A stretch of DNA of 64,000 nt from Planktothrix sp. GU0601_MAG3 (GTDB lineage Bacteria > Cyanobacteriota > Cyanobacteriia > Cyanobacteriales > Microcoleaceae): contig CP136572.1 of NCBI GenBank assembly GCA_035193785.1, positions 5,044,578-5,108,577 on the forward strand, given 5' to 3'. The notes under the pieces are model-generated. The model was not told the origin of the DNA, made no database searches, and was given only the letters and a program-made list of their open reading frames with translations. Each line of letters opens with the position of its first letter. Within the stretch, counting starts at the first letter, position 1. This document shows, one piece after another, positions 1 through 13,217 of this stretch. Position numbers and translations under genes: made by a program.

Positions 1-294
1 GAACCAAGCACCGTATTATTAAGAAAATCCGTATTTAAAACCGTCGCTGGTTTTGACCCCGAATTAAATCAATTAGTCGATTTGGATTTATGGTGGAGAA
101 TATTAGCCCAATTTAAAGTGGGTTTTGTCGAAGAAACTCTATCTTATTTTAGACTTCATGCGCAACAAAAAACCTGTCAAAATATGTTAGAAGGTCAAGC
201 AATGGATCTGAATTTTTATGATAAAATCTATTCCCATCCCGATTATCAGCTATTTTCTCCCCAATTTCGAGCCTCAAGCGGAATTGATCTATAA
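1..294 (+). CDS. Glycosyltransferase family 2, C-terminal part (5'-truncated by window)
   Basis: Frame +1 is open from base 1: EPSTVLLRKSVFKTVAGFDPELNQLVDLDLWWRIL..., a typical GT2 C-terminal signature. Confidence 0.7.
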   Translation, partial: EPSTVLLRKSVFKTVAGFDPELNQLVDLDLWWRILAQFKVGFVEETLSYFRLHAQQKTCQNMLEGQAMDLNFYDKIYSHPDYQLFSPQFRASSGIDL

Positions 295-371
295 TTCTAT
301 CCCATGGGGTTTGCTAACCTAACCCAAATCCTGTAAAGTTTATTCAGAAATAACTTAGGACTATTTTAACT

Positions 372-1167
372 ATGGCTAATTTTCTCACTCCTAGCACAAT
401 TCCTGGTGTATTTGCCCTTTTAGCAAGTCCCCAAGATGATAATATTCTTCTGTTTTCTGGACAGGTTTCTGCCTATCCAGACGGTGTACTATTATTAGCG
501 GGAAACGATAATTTACAGAGTTCTAATATAAACGATAATTTGCTAATTAATGGCAACCAAGGAAATGATACTCTGGTGGCATCCAATGGATTTGATACGC
601 TATTTGGTGGACAAGATGGTGATCGGATTTTTGCCAGTTTCTGGTAATGATTTAATCTTCGGAAATTTCGGAGATGATGTCTTAGAAGGAGGGTTTAATG
701 CCGATAGTATTTATGGCGGTCAAGGTAATGATACTCTTTATGGTGACGAAGATGCAGATATACTATTTGGTGATCTGGGAAATGATATTGTAGATGGGGA
801 TGCCGGGGTTGATACATTAATCGGTGGTTTAGGAAATGATACCTTTATTTTTGACCCGGGTGAAGCCAGTTTTCGGGTTCGGGATGTGGATGAAATTCGA
901 CAGTTTGAACCGGGTACCAGTCCGTTTAATGGGGATAAAATTGCAGTACCCGTGGGAACTCAAATTGATCCGAATTCCTTATTTCGAGATCGGTTTGATT
1001 TGTTACCCCAAGAAAATGATCTCAATGGCGATGGCTTAAATGATATTATTGTGGAATTATTGGACGGACGAATTTTGGGTGTGGTGATTAACGATGGCTT
1101 TTTACCTGCTCAGTTAACCTTTGATTTGGATTTCGTTTTCGGTAGCGGATTTGATTTTAATTTATAA
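372..1167 (+). CDS. Hemolysin-type (RTX) calcium-binding protein; apparent +1 frameshift at GTTTC 637-641
   Basis: GGQGNDTLYG/GDLGND nonapeptide repeats in both ORF halves; removing one T gives continuous ...FASSGNDLIFG. Confidence 0.8.
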
Positions 1168-1187
1168 ATAAAACCCAGGAGCTTTTT

Positions 1188-2138
1188 ATGGAAACCAACA
1201 CCAAATTTAATGGGTTTTATTCTGCAAAACTCGCATTATTGTGTTTATCAATGGTGCTATTGTTTGGGGGAAAAACTCAAACCCAAGCTATGACCACCAC
1301 GGCGGTGATTGATCAGTTACAAAAATTAACTGATACTAACCGACAGAACCGTTTAGAAGCCATCAAAACCTTAAAAACCCTGGGTTCTCCGGCGCTCCCG
1401 ATTCTGGTTGAGGCCCTAACCGATGACCACGAGGGCATTCGACGGGGGGCGGCTTTTGCGTTGGGGGCGATGGGAGGGGATGCGGTGGAGGCGGTTCCGG
1501 CGCTGTTGGCGACCTTGAAAGATCCGGTGTCGGCGGTACGAATGGATGGGGCTGTGGCGATCAAACAAATTACCGCAGCCTCCCCAGATGCTTTACAGCA
1601 GGCGGTTCAGGAGTTGACAGCCGGATTAAACCATCCTGAGAGTGCCGTTCGTCAGGGGGCGGCTTTGGGCCTGGGAGTTATCGGTTCCGAGGCCCCAAGT
1701 ACCATCACTCCGTTAATTCAGGCGTTACAAGATACGGATGAGGAAGTCCGACTGGCGGCGGCGATCGCCCTTAAAAGGATGGGTTCGGTGGCGGTTCCGG
1801 CTTTAAAGGAGGCGTTGAATGACCCGGATGGGGGGGTGCGGGCTAGGGCGGCTTTTGCTTTGGGGAATATTCAGGCGTCGGGGATTACGGGTGTAACCCA
1901 AGCGCTACAAAATAGCGATCGCCAAATTCGTCAAACGGCGGCGATGACTTTGGATCAACTTACCTCTGATCAATTGTTGGTTTCAACGGCAAAATCAACC
2001 CGGAACTCAACCCCTAGGAAATCAACCCCTAGGAAATCAACCCCTAGGAAATCGACCCCTAGGAAATCGCCCGGGAACGAGTCCTGGGCCTGCGGGAAAT
2101 CAACCTCGGCGTATGGGTTCTTAACTTTTTTGGTATAG
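1188..2138 (+). CDS. HEAT/PBS-lyase repeat protein with N-terminal hydrophobic segment; true stop probably 2124
   Basis: Repeated VRxxAAxALGxIG HEAT units; low-complexity tail encoded by a 15-bp tandem repeat. Confidence 0.8.
   Translation: METNTKFNGFYSAKLALLCLSMVLLFGGKTQTQAMTTTAVIDQLQKLTDTNRQNRLEAIKTLKTLGSPALPILVEALTDDHEGIRRGAAFALGAMGGDAVEAVPALLATLKDPVSAVRMDGAVAIKQITAASPDALQQAVQELTAGLNHPESAVRQGAALGLGVIGSEAPSTITPLIQALQDTDEEVRLAAAIALKRMGSVAVPALKEALNDPDGGVRARAAFALGNIQASGITGVTQALQNSDRQIRQTAAMTLDQLTSDQLLVSTAKSTRNSTPRKSTPRKSTPRKSTPRKSPGNESWACGKSTSAYGFLTFLV
1991..2070 (+). repeat. 15-bp tandem repeat (aaatcaacccctagg)n, ~4-5 copies, in 3' end of the HEAT gene
   Basis: Seen directly. Confidence 0.85.
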
Positions 2139-2177
2139 CAGTCGCTATCAAGATGGGGACGGGGTGCGGGCATTTTT

Positions 2178-4533
2178 TTGACGTACCCTACGAATAGTTT
2201 TCGGAATATGAATGATTCTCAACCTAGTATTAATATTCAAGGGTTATATGCCGAGGCTTTAGCCTTGGAACAGGCGGGATATTTTGATCTCGCACAGGCA
2301 AAATATCAACGGATTTTAGAGTTAGATCAGGATAATATTCAGGCGTTGCCAGGTTTAGCCAGGGTGTATTTTTACTATGGGGAATATGATCAAGTATTGG
2401 AAATTTTAGAACGTTGCTTATTGTTAGATGGAACCCAAGGGAGTCAATATTATAATTTGGGTTTGGTTTGGGAAAAATTGGGGAATATTACCGAAGCAAT
2501 TTCGGCGTATAAATTGGCGATTGATTTAGATGTGGAAGGGGTAGACGGGTGTTTGAAATTGGGTGATTTGTTGGCAGAATTGGGAGAATTTAAAACCACA
2601 CAATTCTATTATCAGCAAGCAATAGATCGCCAGCCCCATACAGCTAGGGGATATTTAAAGTTAGGGAATCTTTTTTTGGGACAAAATCGGGTAGAAGATG
2701 CGATCGCCATTTATGAAACAGCCTTAAATATTTATCCTAATCATTCTGATTTATTGTATCAAATGGGATTGGCATTTAGGGTTAATCAAAATTCTGAAAT
2801 GGCGGATTTATATTGGGGCTTGGCGGCGGAATCTCAAGATCAGTATCAAACAGCTATTCAATTTTATTATAATATTTTACAGACTCAATTGTCAACGGTT
2901 GATATTTATTTAAGGTTGGGAAACTGTTATCGAAATTTGGATCAATGCTCGGAGGCGATCGCTATTTATGAACAGGCTTTGCCAAGGTTTCCTGATGGGA
3001 TAGAATTATATTTGGCTTTAATTTCAGCTTGGCAAAATTTGGGAGATACTCAAACAGCATTGCAAATTTCCGAACAAGCTATGACTCGATTTACTAATCA
3101 TATTTCTGTCAAATTTGCCAAACAATCTTTGTTACCAATTTTATATGATGATTTCCCAGAAGTTTCTAAGTATAGACGGCATTTTGCTATAGAGTTAGGT
3201 CAATTAATTGAACAAACGGATTTAGAGGATTTAGAAGTCAAACAACAGGCATTAAGGGCAATTGGAAACTCAAACTAATTTTTATTTACAATATCAGGGA
3301 TATGATGATTTAGAGCTACAAAAACAATATGGTGGATTTGTCCATCGGATTATGAAAGCTAATTATCCTGAATGGACAAAACCCTTATTATTAACAACAT
3401 TGACTGCCCATCAAAAAATTAAAATTGGCTATATTTCCGCTCATTTAACCTGGCATACGGTCGGGTTAATATTTTTAGGATGGTTGAGAGATTGCGATCA
3501 CGCTCAGTTTGAAATCTATTGTTATTATACCGGAAAAGAAACCGATGCTATTACTAATTTATTTCAACTTTATAGTGATCAATTTTATCATATTTATGGC
3601 AATTTAGAGAATATTGTTGATCGGATTTCGGCAGATCAATTACAGATTATTGTGTTTTTAGATATTGGGATGTGTCCCCAACTAACACAAATAGCGGGGT
3701 TGGGAGTAGCTCCGATTCAATGCGCGGCTTGGGGACATCCAATTACTACGGGTTTACCAACAATTGATTATTTTATTTCTGCGGAATTATTGGAACCTCC
3801 CAGGGCGCAAAACCATTATTCAGAGCGGTTATTTTGTTTACCGAATTTAGGGATTAATTATGCTCAACCTCCTTTATTAGAACCGCAAAAAACCCGTTTA
3901 GATTTTGGGTTAAAAGGGGATGCTATTTTATATTTATCCTGTCAATCTTTATTTAAGTATTTGCCATATTTTGATTTAATCTTAGTGGCGATCGCTAAAC
4001 AGGTTAAATTCGCTCAATTTGTGTTTATCGCCCATTGGAATGCGGCAATTACCGAAAAGTTTAAACGACGGTTAAAACGATCTTTTGCAGAACATGATTT
4101 AGATATGCAAGAATATTGTATGATTTTACCTCGTTTAGATAAAATAGATTATTTACAACTCAATAAGTTAGCTGATATTGGCTTAGATACCCTACAATTT
4201 ACTGGGTTTTTAACCAGTTTAGATAGTTTATCCTGTTGTCTTCCCCTAGTTACCTGTGAGGGAGAATGGATGAGAAGTCGTCAGTCTGCGGGTATATTAA
4301 ACCGATTAGGAATTACAGAAACCATTGCCCAAAATCGAGAGGATTATATTAAAATAGCAGTAAAGTTAGGATTAGATTTAGAATGGAGATTAGCAATTAG
4401 AGAAAAAATCAAACAAAATCAATGGAAACTCTATGAGGATAAAAGTTGTGTCCCAGCATTAGAAAAATTTTATCAACAAACTATTCACAATTTTAATCAG
4501 ATATCCCTAATTAAAGGGGACTTTAACAACTAA
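2178..4533 (+). CDS. TPR + SPINDLY/O-GlcNAc transferase-like (GT41) protein; frameshift at GAAAC 3265-3269
   Basis: N-terminal TPRs; KIKIGYIS, APIQCAAWGHPITTGLPTIDYFIS, LDT motifs; repair gives AIGTQTNFYLQYQG. Confidence 0.85.
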
Positions 4534-4570
4534 TTCCCTCAATTCGTAATTCCCTATTCCCTATTCCTAT

Positions 4571-5060
4571 ATGAATCAAGCAATTTTAGTTAATCTCAGA
4601 GAAGCATTTTTTAACGCGCCTGGATTTTGGCAAACTCGGTTTTTAATTAAAACTGGAAATTGGTGTAAATCAGTCGATGGTTTAGATAAAAGTCGCACCG
4701 ATGGTTATTCAATTTTGGGCAGTTTTGTGAATCAATGTGATCAATTAGCCACCCAACAACCGGGATTATACTTATTTTGTGAAAAGAAGAAACAAAAACA
4801 GAACGTTACGGAAAGATTATATACCTTATTTATCTTAGAAACCCGATGGAAGTGTAGAAGTATTAAACGAATTAAAAACCGCCAGTAAGGATTGGGGGGT
4901 GCAATTATGGCCCGAAATTGACGCCTATTTTATTAGACAGCAAGACTCTGGAGAAAAAAGACGTCAACAATTAATGCAGGAAATTCAACAACTAGAGTTT
5001 GAATTAAAACAACGTCGGGGGGAATTAGCAGCTTTAGACAGAATTGATATTAACCATTAA
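4571..5060 (+). CDS. Hypothetical protein with C-terminal coiled coil; frameshift at GAAAC 4838-4842
   Basis: Repair gives LEPDGSVEVLNEL...LAALDRIDINH* ending at 5060. Confidence 0.6.
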
Positions 5061-6066
5061 AATCCTTAATTTCTAGGCGATTTCTACCATTAATTTTAGC
5101 TTGATATAAGGCTTGATCTGCCATAGAAATTAACCGCTCAGGAGAAAATTTATAATCGGGGATAGTTGTTGTAGTTCCTAAACTTAACGTTAAATAAGGT
5201 TCAATCTTTGATCCTTGATGAATAATCATTTTCTCCTTGAGTAAAGCCATAACACTCTGAGCGACTTTAGTGGCTCCTAGGATATTTGTATTTGGTAAAA
5301 TTATGGCAAATTCTTCCCCCCCATAACGAGCTACTAAATCCGCCGGACGACGGGAGCATTCTTTTAAAATAGCAGCCACCAGTTTTAAACATTCATCTCC
5401 TGCTTGGTGACCATAAGTATCATTATAGGCTTTAAAAAAATCAATATCACATAAAATTAAAGATAAAGGTAATTGTTCCCGTTGCGAGCGTTGCCATTCT
5501 TGTTTTAAGTAATCATCAAAACATCGACGGTTAGAAATTTGAGTTAAACCATCTATTAATGCTAAACGCTGTAACTCTTGATTCACTTGTTCTAATTTTT
5601 GATTAGTTTCTTCTAATTGAGTTGTTAATAATCTTTCCCGTTCAATTTGACGTTTAAGTTCCTCCATGACCCAACCACTTTGAAGAATTCGACGCACCCG
5701 TTGACGTAACACCGCCCAATGAATCGGTTTAGTAATATAGTCCGTTGCTCCCACTTGAAAAGCCAAATCAACCGAAGCTTGATCCTCTAATACTGTAATC
5801 ATTAAAATCGGCGGACAATTCTCACCCAGAAGATTTTTTAACTCATGACAACAGGTAAATCCATCAATTCCTGGCATCATCGCATCTAAAAGAATAATAT
5901 CCGGCAAAAACTCTTGACAAATCTTTAAACACTCCTCTCCAGTCCCGGCTTCTCTTAAACGATATCCTTCCCTTTCCATAGATCTACGCAAGACTAAACG
6001 GAGGGTTTTTTCATCATCAACAATTAAAATAATTGGATGGGTTTGTTCAAATTCAGAATTGTTCAT
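5050..6066 (-). CDS. PleD-type response regulator/diguanylate cyclase (REC-coiled coil-GGDEF)
   Basis: ILIVDD, DAMMPG receiver domain; RYGGEEF active site with RPAD I-site. Confidence 0.92.
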   Translation of the reverse strand: MNNSEFEQTHPIILIVDDEKTLRLVLRRSMEREGYRLREAGTGEECLKICQEFLPDIILLDAMMPGIDGFTCCHELKNLLGENCPPILMITVLEDQASVDLAFQVGATDYITKPIHWAVLRQRVRRILQSGWVMEELKRQIERERLLTTQLEETNQKLEQVNQELQRLALIDGLTQISNRRCFDDYLKQEWQRSQREQLPLSLILCDIDFFKAYNDTYGHQAGDECLKLVAAILKECSRRPADLVARYGGEEFAIILPNTNILGATKVAQSVMALLKEKMIIHQGSKIEPYLTLSLGTTTTIPDYKFSPERLISMADQALYQAKINGRNRLEIKDFNG

Positions 6067-9000
6067 TTGATTCTATTTGCCTTAATTCTTGTTCCAATGC
6101 AGCTTTAACTAAGTCATATTCCTGGGCTAACTGCTGGACTAAAGATTGAATACCATTATTAACTGAAACCCGTGCGTCCTTTGGCTTCTAATTCTCCAGC
6201 CAGTTCGGCCAAGCGTACTGCACCCACAGTAACCGAGAGGGACTTGAGAGCGTGGGCCGACTTTTGTAGAGCTAAAGCGTCTTGATGGATAACCGCTTCC
6301 TCTATCGTTTGTAAACGTTGAGGGGCATCTTCTAAATAGCTATTAAACACTTCAACCAATAATATGTCGGCATCTTCTCCCGCCATTAATCTTAAACTAT
6401 TAATCGTCTCTTGATCTAAGTGATTTTCCTTAATTAGACACTGAATTTTAGGCGATAAATAATTTTGAACAACCGTAGATAAATGATCATTGATACAATA
6501 GTTCTGCTCGGTCAATTTTGGTGAGTCAGAGAAGGTACTTTCATAGGTATAATATCGTTCTAAAGCCGCTATTAAAGATTTAATCCGAATTGGTTTACTA
6601 ACATAATCATTCATTCCGGCTTGCAGACATTCTTCCTTGTCACCCTGCATGGCGTGGGCTGTCATCGCAATAATCCAAGGGCGAGAATCCTCCGGCCATT
6701 GTTTACAAATATAGCGAGTTGTTTCTAAACCATCAAGTTCGGGCATCTGCACATCCATAAAAACCAGATCATAGGATTGACGTTGTAAGGCATCAATAGC
6801 TTCTAAACCATTGTTAGCAACATCCGCCCGATAACCTAAACGTTGTAACATTTTGATGGCTACCATTTGATTAACAAGTACATCTTCTACTAATAAAATT
6901 CTCAACGGATGGAGATTTGCTAAGGGCGGATATAAAGTTGTAGAAATTGGTTCAGATACCAGGGAAATTCGTTGACTATTCAAGATTTTAGCTAAAGTAT
7001 TATAGAGTTGAGATTGTTTAATTGGTTTGGTTAGGATCGATGCAAATAACTTTTGAGATGGTTTATCTTGGGGAAAAAAGTTGCCAACAGAACTTAATAG
7101 GACTAGCGGTAAATGTTTACAAGTGGGGAAGTTCTGAATACAGTTTGCCAAACTTAAACCATCCATTTGTGGCATCTGCATATCAATAATTACTAAATCA
7201 AAATTATGATCTTTAACTAACATTGCCAACGCTTCTAAACCCGATTCAACTGCTTGCACTCCCATGTCCCAAGATTCAGCTTGTAAAGTAAGAATTTTAC
7301 GATTAGTGGCATTATCATCAACAATTAATAAATGTTTATTTGATAAATTGGGCGGGAATATTTCCACATCGGATAACTTAGTATTAGGGTCGGATTGAAG
7401 CATAACCGTAACATGAAAAGTAGACCCCACATCTGGGGCACTTTCTAACCAAATTTCACCCTTCATCATTTCACATAGACGTCTGCTAATTACTAATCCT
7501 AATCCCGTGCCTCCATAGCGGCGAGTCATGGAAGAATCCACCTGACTAAAGGGTTTAAATAATCGTTCTTTGCGTTCTTCAGGAATGCCAATTCCGGTAT
7601 CTTTAACCGCAAAATGAAGTTTATATGTAGGGTTTTTACTGTCTTTTTCCACGGGTTTCAGCATCAATAGAAATAATCACTTCTCCCCTTTCAGTAAATT
7701 TGACCGCATTACTCAACAAATTGACTAAAATTTGACGAATCCGAGTCACATCACCGATGATCAATGTGGGGGTGGCAGGAGTAATTAAATAGGCTAATTC
7801 TAAATTTTTATTATGGGCAATGGCAGCAACTAAATCTAAAGCTTCTTCTACACAATTACGCAGGTGAAAGGGCTGTTCTTCTAAATCAAGTTGACCGGAT
7901 TCAATTTTAGAAAAATCCAAAATATCATTAATAACGGTGAGTAAAGTATCGCTACTGGTGCGAATAATTTCTACAAATTCATGCTGTTGGGGCGTTAAAT
8001 TCATATCTAATAATAATCCCGTCATCCCAATCACAGCATTTAAGGGAGTCCGAATTTCATGACTCATCATTGCTAAAAATTCACTTTTAGATCGGTTGGC
8101 GGCTTCAGCTTCTATCTTGGCTTTTTCTAGGGCTAAATTTTGCTGGATTAGTTGTTCACCTTGTAAAACTTCTTGTTCTAAAATTTTACCCTGGGCTAAG
8201 GCAATTCCGACTTGGGTAGCAACGGCTTCTAATAGTTCAATTTCGTTCTCTGTCCAGTCTCGATGGCGATCGCATTGATGTAAGGTAATCAACCCATTTG
8301 CTTGATCTTTATAGGATGTACGAACCGCTAAAATAGATTTTAACTTAATACTACGGCAGAAGATTTTAAGTTTAGCAAATAAAGGATCTGTGTAAACATT
8401 GGAGGTGGCAATAGCTGCATCTTGAAGAATTAATTTTTCAGCATAGGTATTTCCCTGAATAAAAATTTTTGTTCCAATTAAAGCAGTATAGCCAGGATCG
8501 AGATATTCAGCCATAATTGGCAGTTCGGAAACAGGAGGTTGAAGGTAAATATGAATTAAACATCGATTCACCTCAAAGGTTTGACCGAGAAGTTGAGCGG
8601 TAGTTTCTACAATGCGTTTTATATCTAAACTTTGGCGAATTTCCTGGGTAATTTTTTTGAGTAAAACAGCCTGTTGAATTTGGTGTTTTAACTGCTCCTC
8701 TACCTCTTTAATTTGAGTAATATTAAAATGAATAGCTAAGTATTTAAAGGGATTTTCTTGGGCATCTAAAAAAGGAACAATGGTGGTATTTACCCAATAA
8801 TATTTAGCCGATTTAGATTGATTTTTTATTTCTCCTTGCCAAACCTTTCCTTGCTGAATAGTTGACCATAAATGGTCAAAAAATTCTGGGGGATGGTAAT
8901 GGGAATTAATAACTCGATGGGTCTGACCGATTAATTCTTCTTGGGAATAGCCGGAAATTTGACAAAACTGTTCATTAACATAGGTAATATTGCCTTCCGC

Positions 9001-10432
9001 ATCCGTTATGGAAACAATCGCAGCTTGATCCAAAGCAAATTTATGAAATGCTAACTCTCGTAAGGTTTTTTGTAAAGCTTCCTCCGACAGTTTTCGTTGA
9101 GTAATATCACTCCCAATTCCTAAAAATCCAGTGATTTCACCCTCTGAATTTTGCAAACTTGTGATCGATAATAAGACAGGAAACCGAGAACCATCTTGAC
9201 GAATATAAGACCACTCATTTTCATCTATATCCCCTTGCAAGGCTTTAGCTATAAATACGTCAAATCCCGGTTTGATCGGAGTTCCTAATTCTTGAGATAG
9301 GACTATGGCTCGGTGTTGAATTTCTGCTAAATCATGGATAATTGCCGGGGTTTTTTGGTCAATCATTTGATCAGCAGAATATTGTAATAATTGTTCTGCG
9401 GTTCTGTTAAATGTCTTAATAATTCCATCAACAGTTGTTGAAATAATCGTATAATTAGCACTATTTAAAATAGCTTTTTGTAGGGATGTGGCTTCTTCTA
9501 AAATTTTTTGAGTTGCTTTTTGCTTCTGAATTTGTAGGATTAATTGTTGATTAATAGATTCTAATTGTTTAGATTTTGACCTAGAACTCTTGGCAAAATA
9601 CAAGGTTAAGGCTAAACTCCAAGCAATGATTAACCCACTCCATAAAATAAATGTTGCTAGGGGGGATTTAACCTTTTCAATTAGTTCCTGAGAAGCCGTA
9701 ACTACAAGTTTAAATCTTCCACCATAAATAGATAAACTAGATGTTGCCATTGCTTGATTTGCATGAATTAATAGATTGGGTTGACGTTGATAAATTAGTT
9801 CATTTTCTTGCCAAATTTCAATAATATAATATTCCAAATTCTGATTTTCAAAAACTAAATCTAGCCAAGATTGGATTTGAATAACAGCAACAATAAATCC
9901 ATCGAATTTCTGATCATTTTGTCTAACAATTGGTAAATAAGCTAAAAATCCCTTACCCCCTTGAACTAAATCAATAACTGGAGTAATAACTGTTTGATTG
10001 CTATTCAGAGATTGTTTCTAAGGCTTGATGACGGAATGGATCATTCTTTAAATTAAAATTTAGAGCCGCTTCATTGCCTTTCAGGGGATAAATCCAACGC
10101 ACATAAAATTCGGAATCAACCCACTCAATAGCCTGAAAACCTGCATAATCTTCAAAATAATTTTTGGTATCGGCTTCCCATTCGTCTTTAGGCACACCTC
10201 CTCGGATTTTCCAACGGTCTCTCATCCTTCCTAAAGCTAGTATTCGAGAATTTATTTGATTGGAAATCATCACTTCTACCGTTTGAGCTTCTTGATTTAA
10301 TAATTGTTGAATTTGATTTTTCTCCTGAGCAATTAAACTAGACCACAACAAAAAGGTGACACAAGAAATTCCGGTTCCTGTCAGTAAGGGAATCCAATCA
10401 ATTATTTTAAAACCTTTATTAAATATCCCCAT
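6053..10432 (-). CDS. Membrane hybrid histidine kinase (CHASE-like, 2xPAS, GAF, HisKA, HATPase, 2xREC, HPt); three frameshifts (6165, 7655, 10014)
   Basis: [10 protein letters not shown]-box, NAVKFT N-box, DTGIGI/GGTGLGL G-boxes, two receivers, AHALKS HPt; each break is repaired by one-base deletion at GAAAC/GTTTC. Confidence 0.88.
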
Positions 10433-10549
10433 ATTTTTCTCTCTCCTTCCTGCTAAACTCTGTTTTTGTGCCGTTTTTAGATAGTTAATTACTCCGATAA
10501 ATATGTTTTTGTCTATAATTTATCCTGAATAATTTAGATGATCCTGAAT

Positions 10550-11879
10550 CTAGGGGGTCGGCTGCTTTTTAAGCACATTAACCACGGAATCAGCAACAAA
10601 ATTTGATAAAATATTTTCTCCTGTTTTCTGATAATGGCAACAGTTATCAATATAGGCAGGTTCTTTAGTATTGTCGAGAATAGATACCCCATTAAAGAAA
10701 TTAATTTGATTAGCCTTAAGTTGATTCACCTCTTTTAACAAAAGGGGATATCCTTTTTTGACGGCATCTTGATAAGGACTATCTTGATTAAAGGCAACTT
10801 TTTTTTCCGCCTCACTAAACACTCGCTTTGTAGGATAATATTGATTGGGTTGTAAAATATGGAAATAGGGAATATTATTTTCTTTTAAAATTTCATGGAT
10901 TAAAATGGAACTTTTAGCCCAATGATTAGCAATTTTAGGGAATAGTTCGGCATCGGTTAAAATGGGATATTGCATATAAAAATAAATCACACTCTCCGCC
11001 GCACCACCATCCTCCGAGGGTTTCTGGCGATATCGTTCAAATCGTGCCACATCTCGTCGATAGTTTTTAACTAAGTCTTGAACATACAGGGACATGACCG
11101 CATTACAAGAGGCTAAGGGACAATCTTTTAAGGTTTCTAAGGCATCTTTGATTTTGGGTTTATTCTCTTTAATCATTAATAGGGTTTTCAGGGCTCGAGT
11201 GGATAGACTATTATTAGCTAAACCCGTTAAAGCTTGAACATGGGAGGAAACTGGGCATGGCAAATTCTAATCCATTTTGATTATTAATATTAGCAAGGGC
11301 AACTTCATTAAAGCCATCAATATTAATTACCAGATCAAATTTTTGCCCCAAAGAAAGCAGATAATTTAAAGTAATTAGCTGTTGGGGTTGTTTATACCCG
11401 CCAATGGCTAAAGAGATAATAATTAATTCTTTGCCTTTAAATTGGGGGAGTTGTTGGAGTTTTTTCTCTAAAATCTTATTTTGCACTTCATAAATTGAGT
11501 AATTGCCCGCAACGGAGCCACCTAAAACTCCCACAATTACTTGATTTTTATTAGTTTTTATGTAGGGGTAATCGTAGGGAGAAATAAACCCATAATTATT
11601 ATACTTAAATCCGGGTCTAAAATCGGGGCCGGGTTTCTGCACATAACCAAAATAAGGATGTAATCTTTCGACCACAGATTCCCCGACTCTCACCCCTTCT
11701 AAATTAATCCCTAAATTCTGTAAATCCTCCGAAGGTTCCCGGGTATAATAGAACTGTTTATTTTTAGAATAATAGAAAATTAACGAACCAATTTCTAAAA
11801 GAACGAATAAAACAACTAAGTTAATTAACCCGATTTTTAGACCTGCTTTAGCTTGAGGCAAGAATTTAAAATTTTTCAT
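10550..11879 (-). CDS. Membrane-anchored divergent SGNH-like protein; frameshift at GAAAC 11247-11251
   Basis: N-terminal TM; GGSVA, DGFNE and DNCCH blocks resembling SGNH motifs. Confidence 0.65.
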
Positions 11880-11988
11880 AGTAATAAGAGAAAATTAAAA
11901 CCAAAACAACTAAAATTTTCGAGAATGCAAAAACCCCATTAAATTATTATATAACTATTATATAACAATTACGAGAGCAATTTTAATT

Positions 11989-13217
11989 TTACGGTTGAGG
12001 TTTTGGGGTTTGACCCATCAGTTGTTGACAGACTTGACTCGCCATTAATGCCCCAGCGATGCGATTTCCTTCAACGTTCCAATGTCCTCCACAGACTTCC
12101 GCATTCTCAAATCCATGTAGACAAATTCCGGTTCTTTCTGCTTCTTTTCGCAAAGGTTTCTGCTAACTGCAAAACCGGAAATCCCTTTTGTTTTCCTAAC
12201 GCTTCAATTCGCTTGTTTGGGTAAAATAAATCTTGAATTTGATATTTTTGCATAAACTCTTGACGTTTTTTAGGGTCGGGCAGAACTTGAAAGGAGTCAC
12301 TTACCATTATTAGCATAAAATCCTTTCCCTCAGCTTTAACTTCATTCTTGAGTAATGTAATTAACTGTTCTGTAATTTTCCAAGCTTGTTGCCAATTTTG
12401 ATCGGGGGGTTCCTTATAAAAATTAATCTCCGTTTCCCGATAGTCTTTTTGTAACTGACGACGTTTAGATTCCATTTCTGCCCGTCTCATTACTTGTAAT
12501 ATTCGAGAATTTGCTATTAATGGATAGGGTAATTGATCCATTTTAGAAAATAAATAATAATCTCGTTCAATACTATTAGGGTTTAATTGTCTAAAGGAGA
12601 CATCTTCCACAAGCTGACCATTTTTTTCCACAAAATAGGGACGTAAATGATCATGTTCTAAGGCACGAAAATTATTGGTGATATCATTCCCAGGATAGAA
12701 ACCCAAAATTACTAAATCGGGAGAAAATTGTTGGGCATGATGTCGCCAAGTCATTAATTCTTGGGCAGTCCCATAACCCTGAACTCCAAAATTTAAGACT
12801 TCAATATTTTTTCCCTTTAAAATGGGGCAGGTTTTTAATTGAGTCTCCATGATTGATAAGGCCGTTTTTTCTAGGGGAAACTTGCAATGCTTCCATAAAA
12901 GAATCCCCTAGTACAGCAATGCGATAACTATTAGCAGGTTTTTCTAAAGTTCGTTCGCGATCGCGCATTCCAAAACCGTTCATTTTCACTTCTGAAACCT
13001 CTCCTTCCCCCGCCCAAACTGTTTTAGCATTCGGTCGAGGTGACCAACCCCGTTCGGGGTCGCTGACGCTGTAAGCGAGGGATTTTGAGTCCGCCGGAAG
13101 GGGCGGTTGATGTTCAATTCCCGCAATTCTTAATCCCACTTCCCCCAAAACAATTGCTAAGACTAAACTCCCAAAAACTAAGCTTGTATTTAAAATTAAC
13201 GATTTCCAAATTTTCAT
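11989..13217 (-). CDS. SGNH/GDSL hydrolase-family protein; frameshifts at 12877 and 12156
   Basis: LGDSF, NFGVQGYG, GND and (after repair) GGHWN motifs; N-terminal TM. Confidence 0.85.

Noticed and set aside
1991..2138. Histone-like KSTPR DNA-binding tail
   Set aside because: Probably the wrong frame caused by the GTTTC at 1980.
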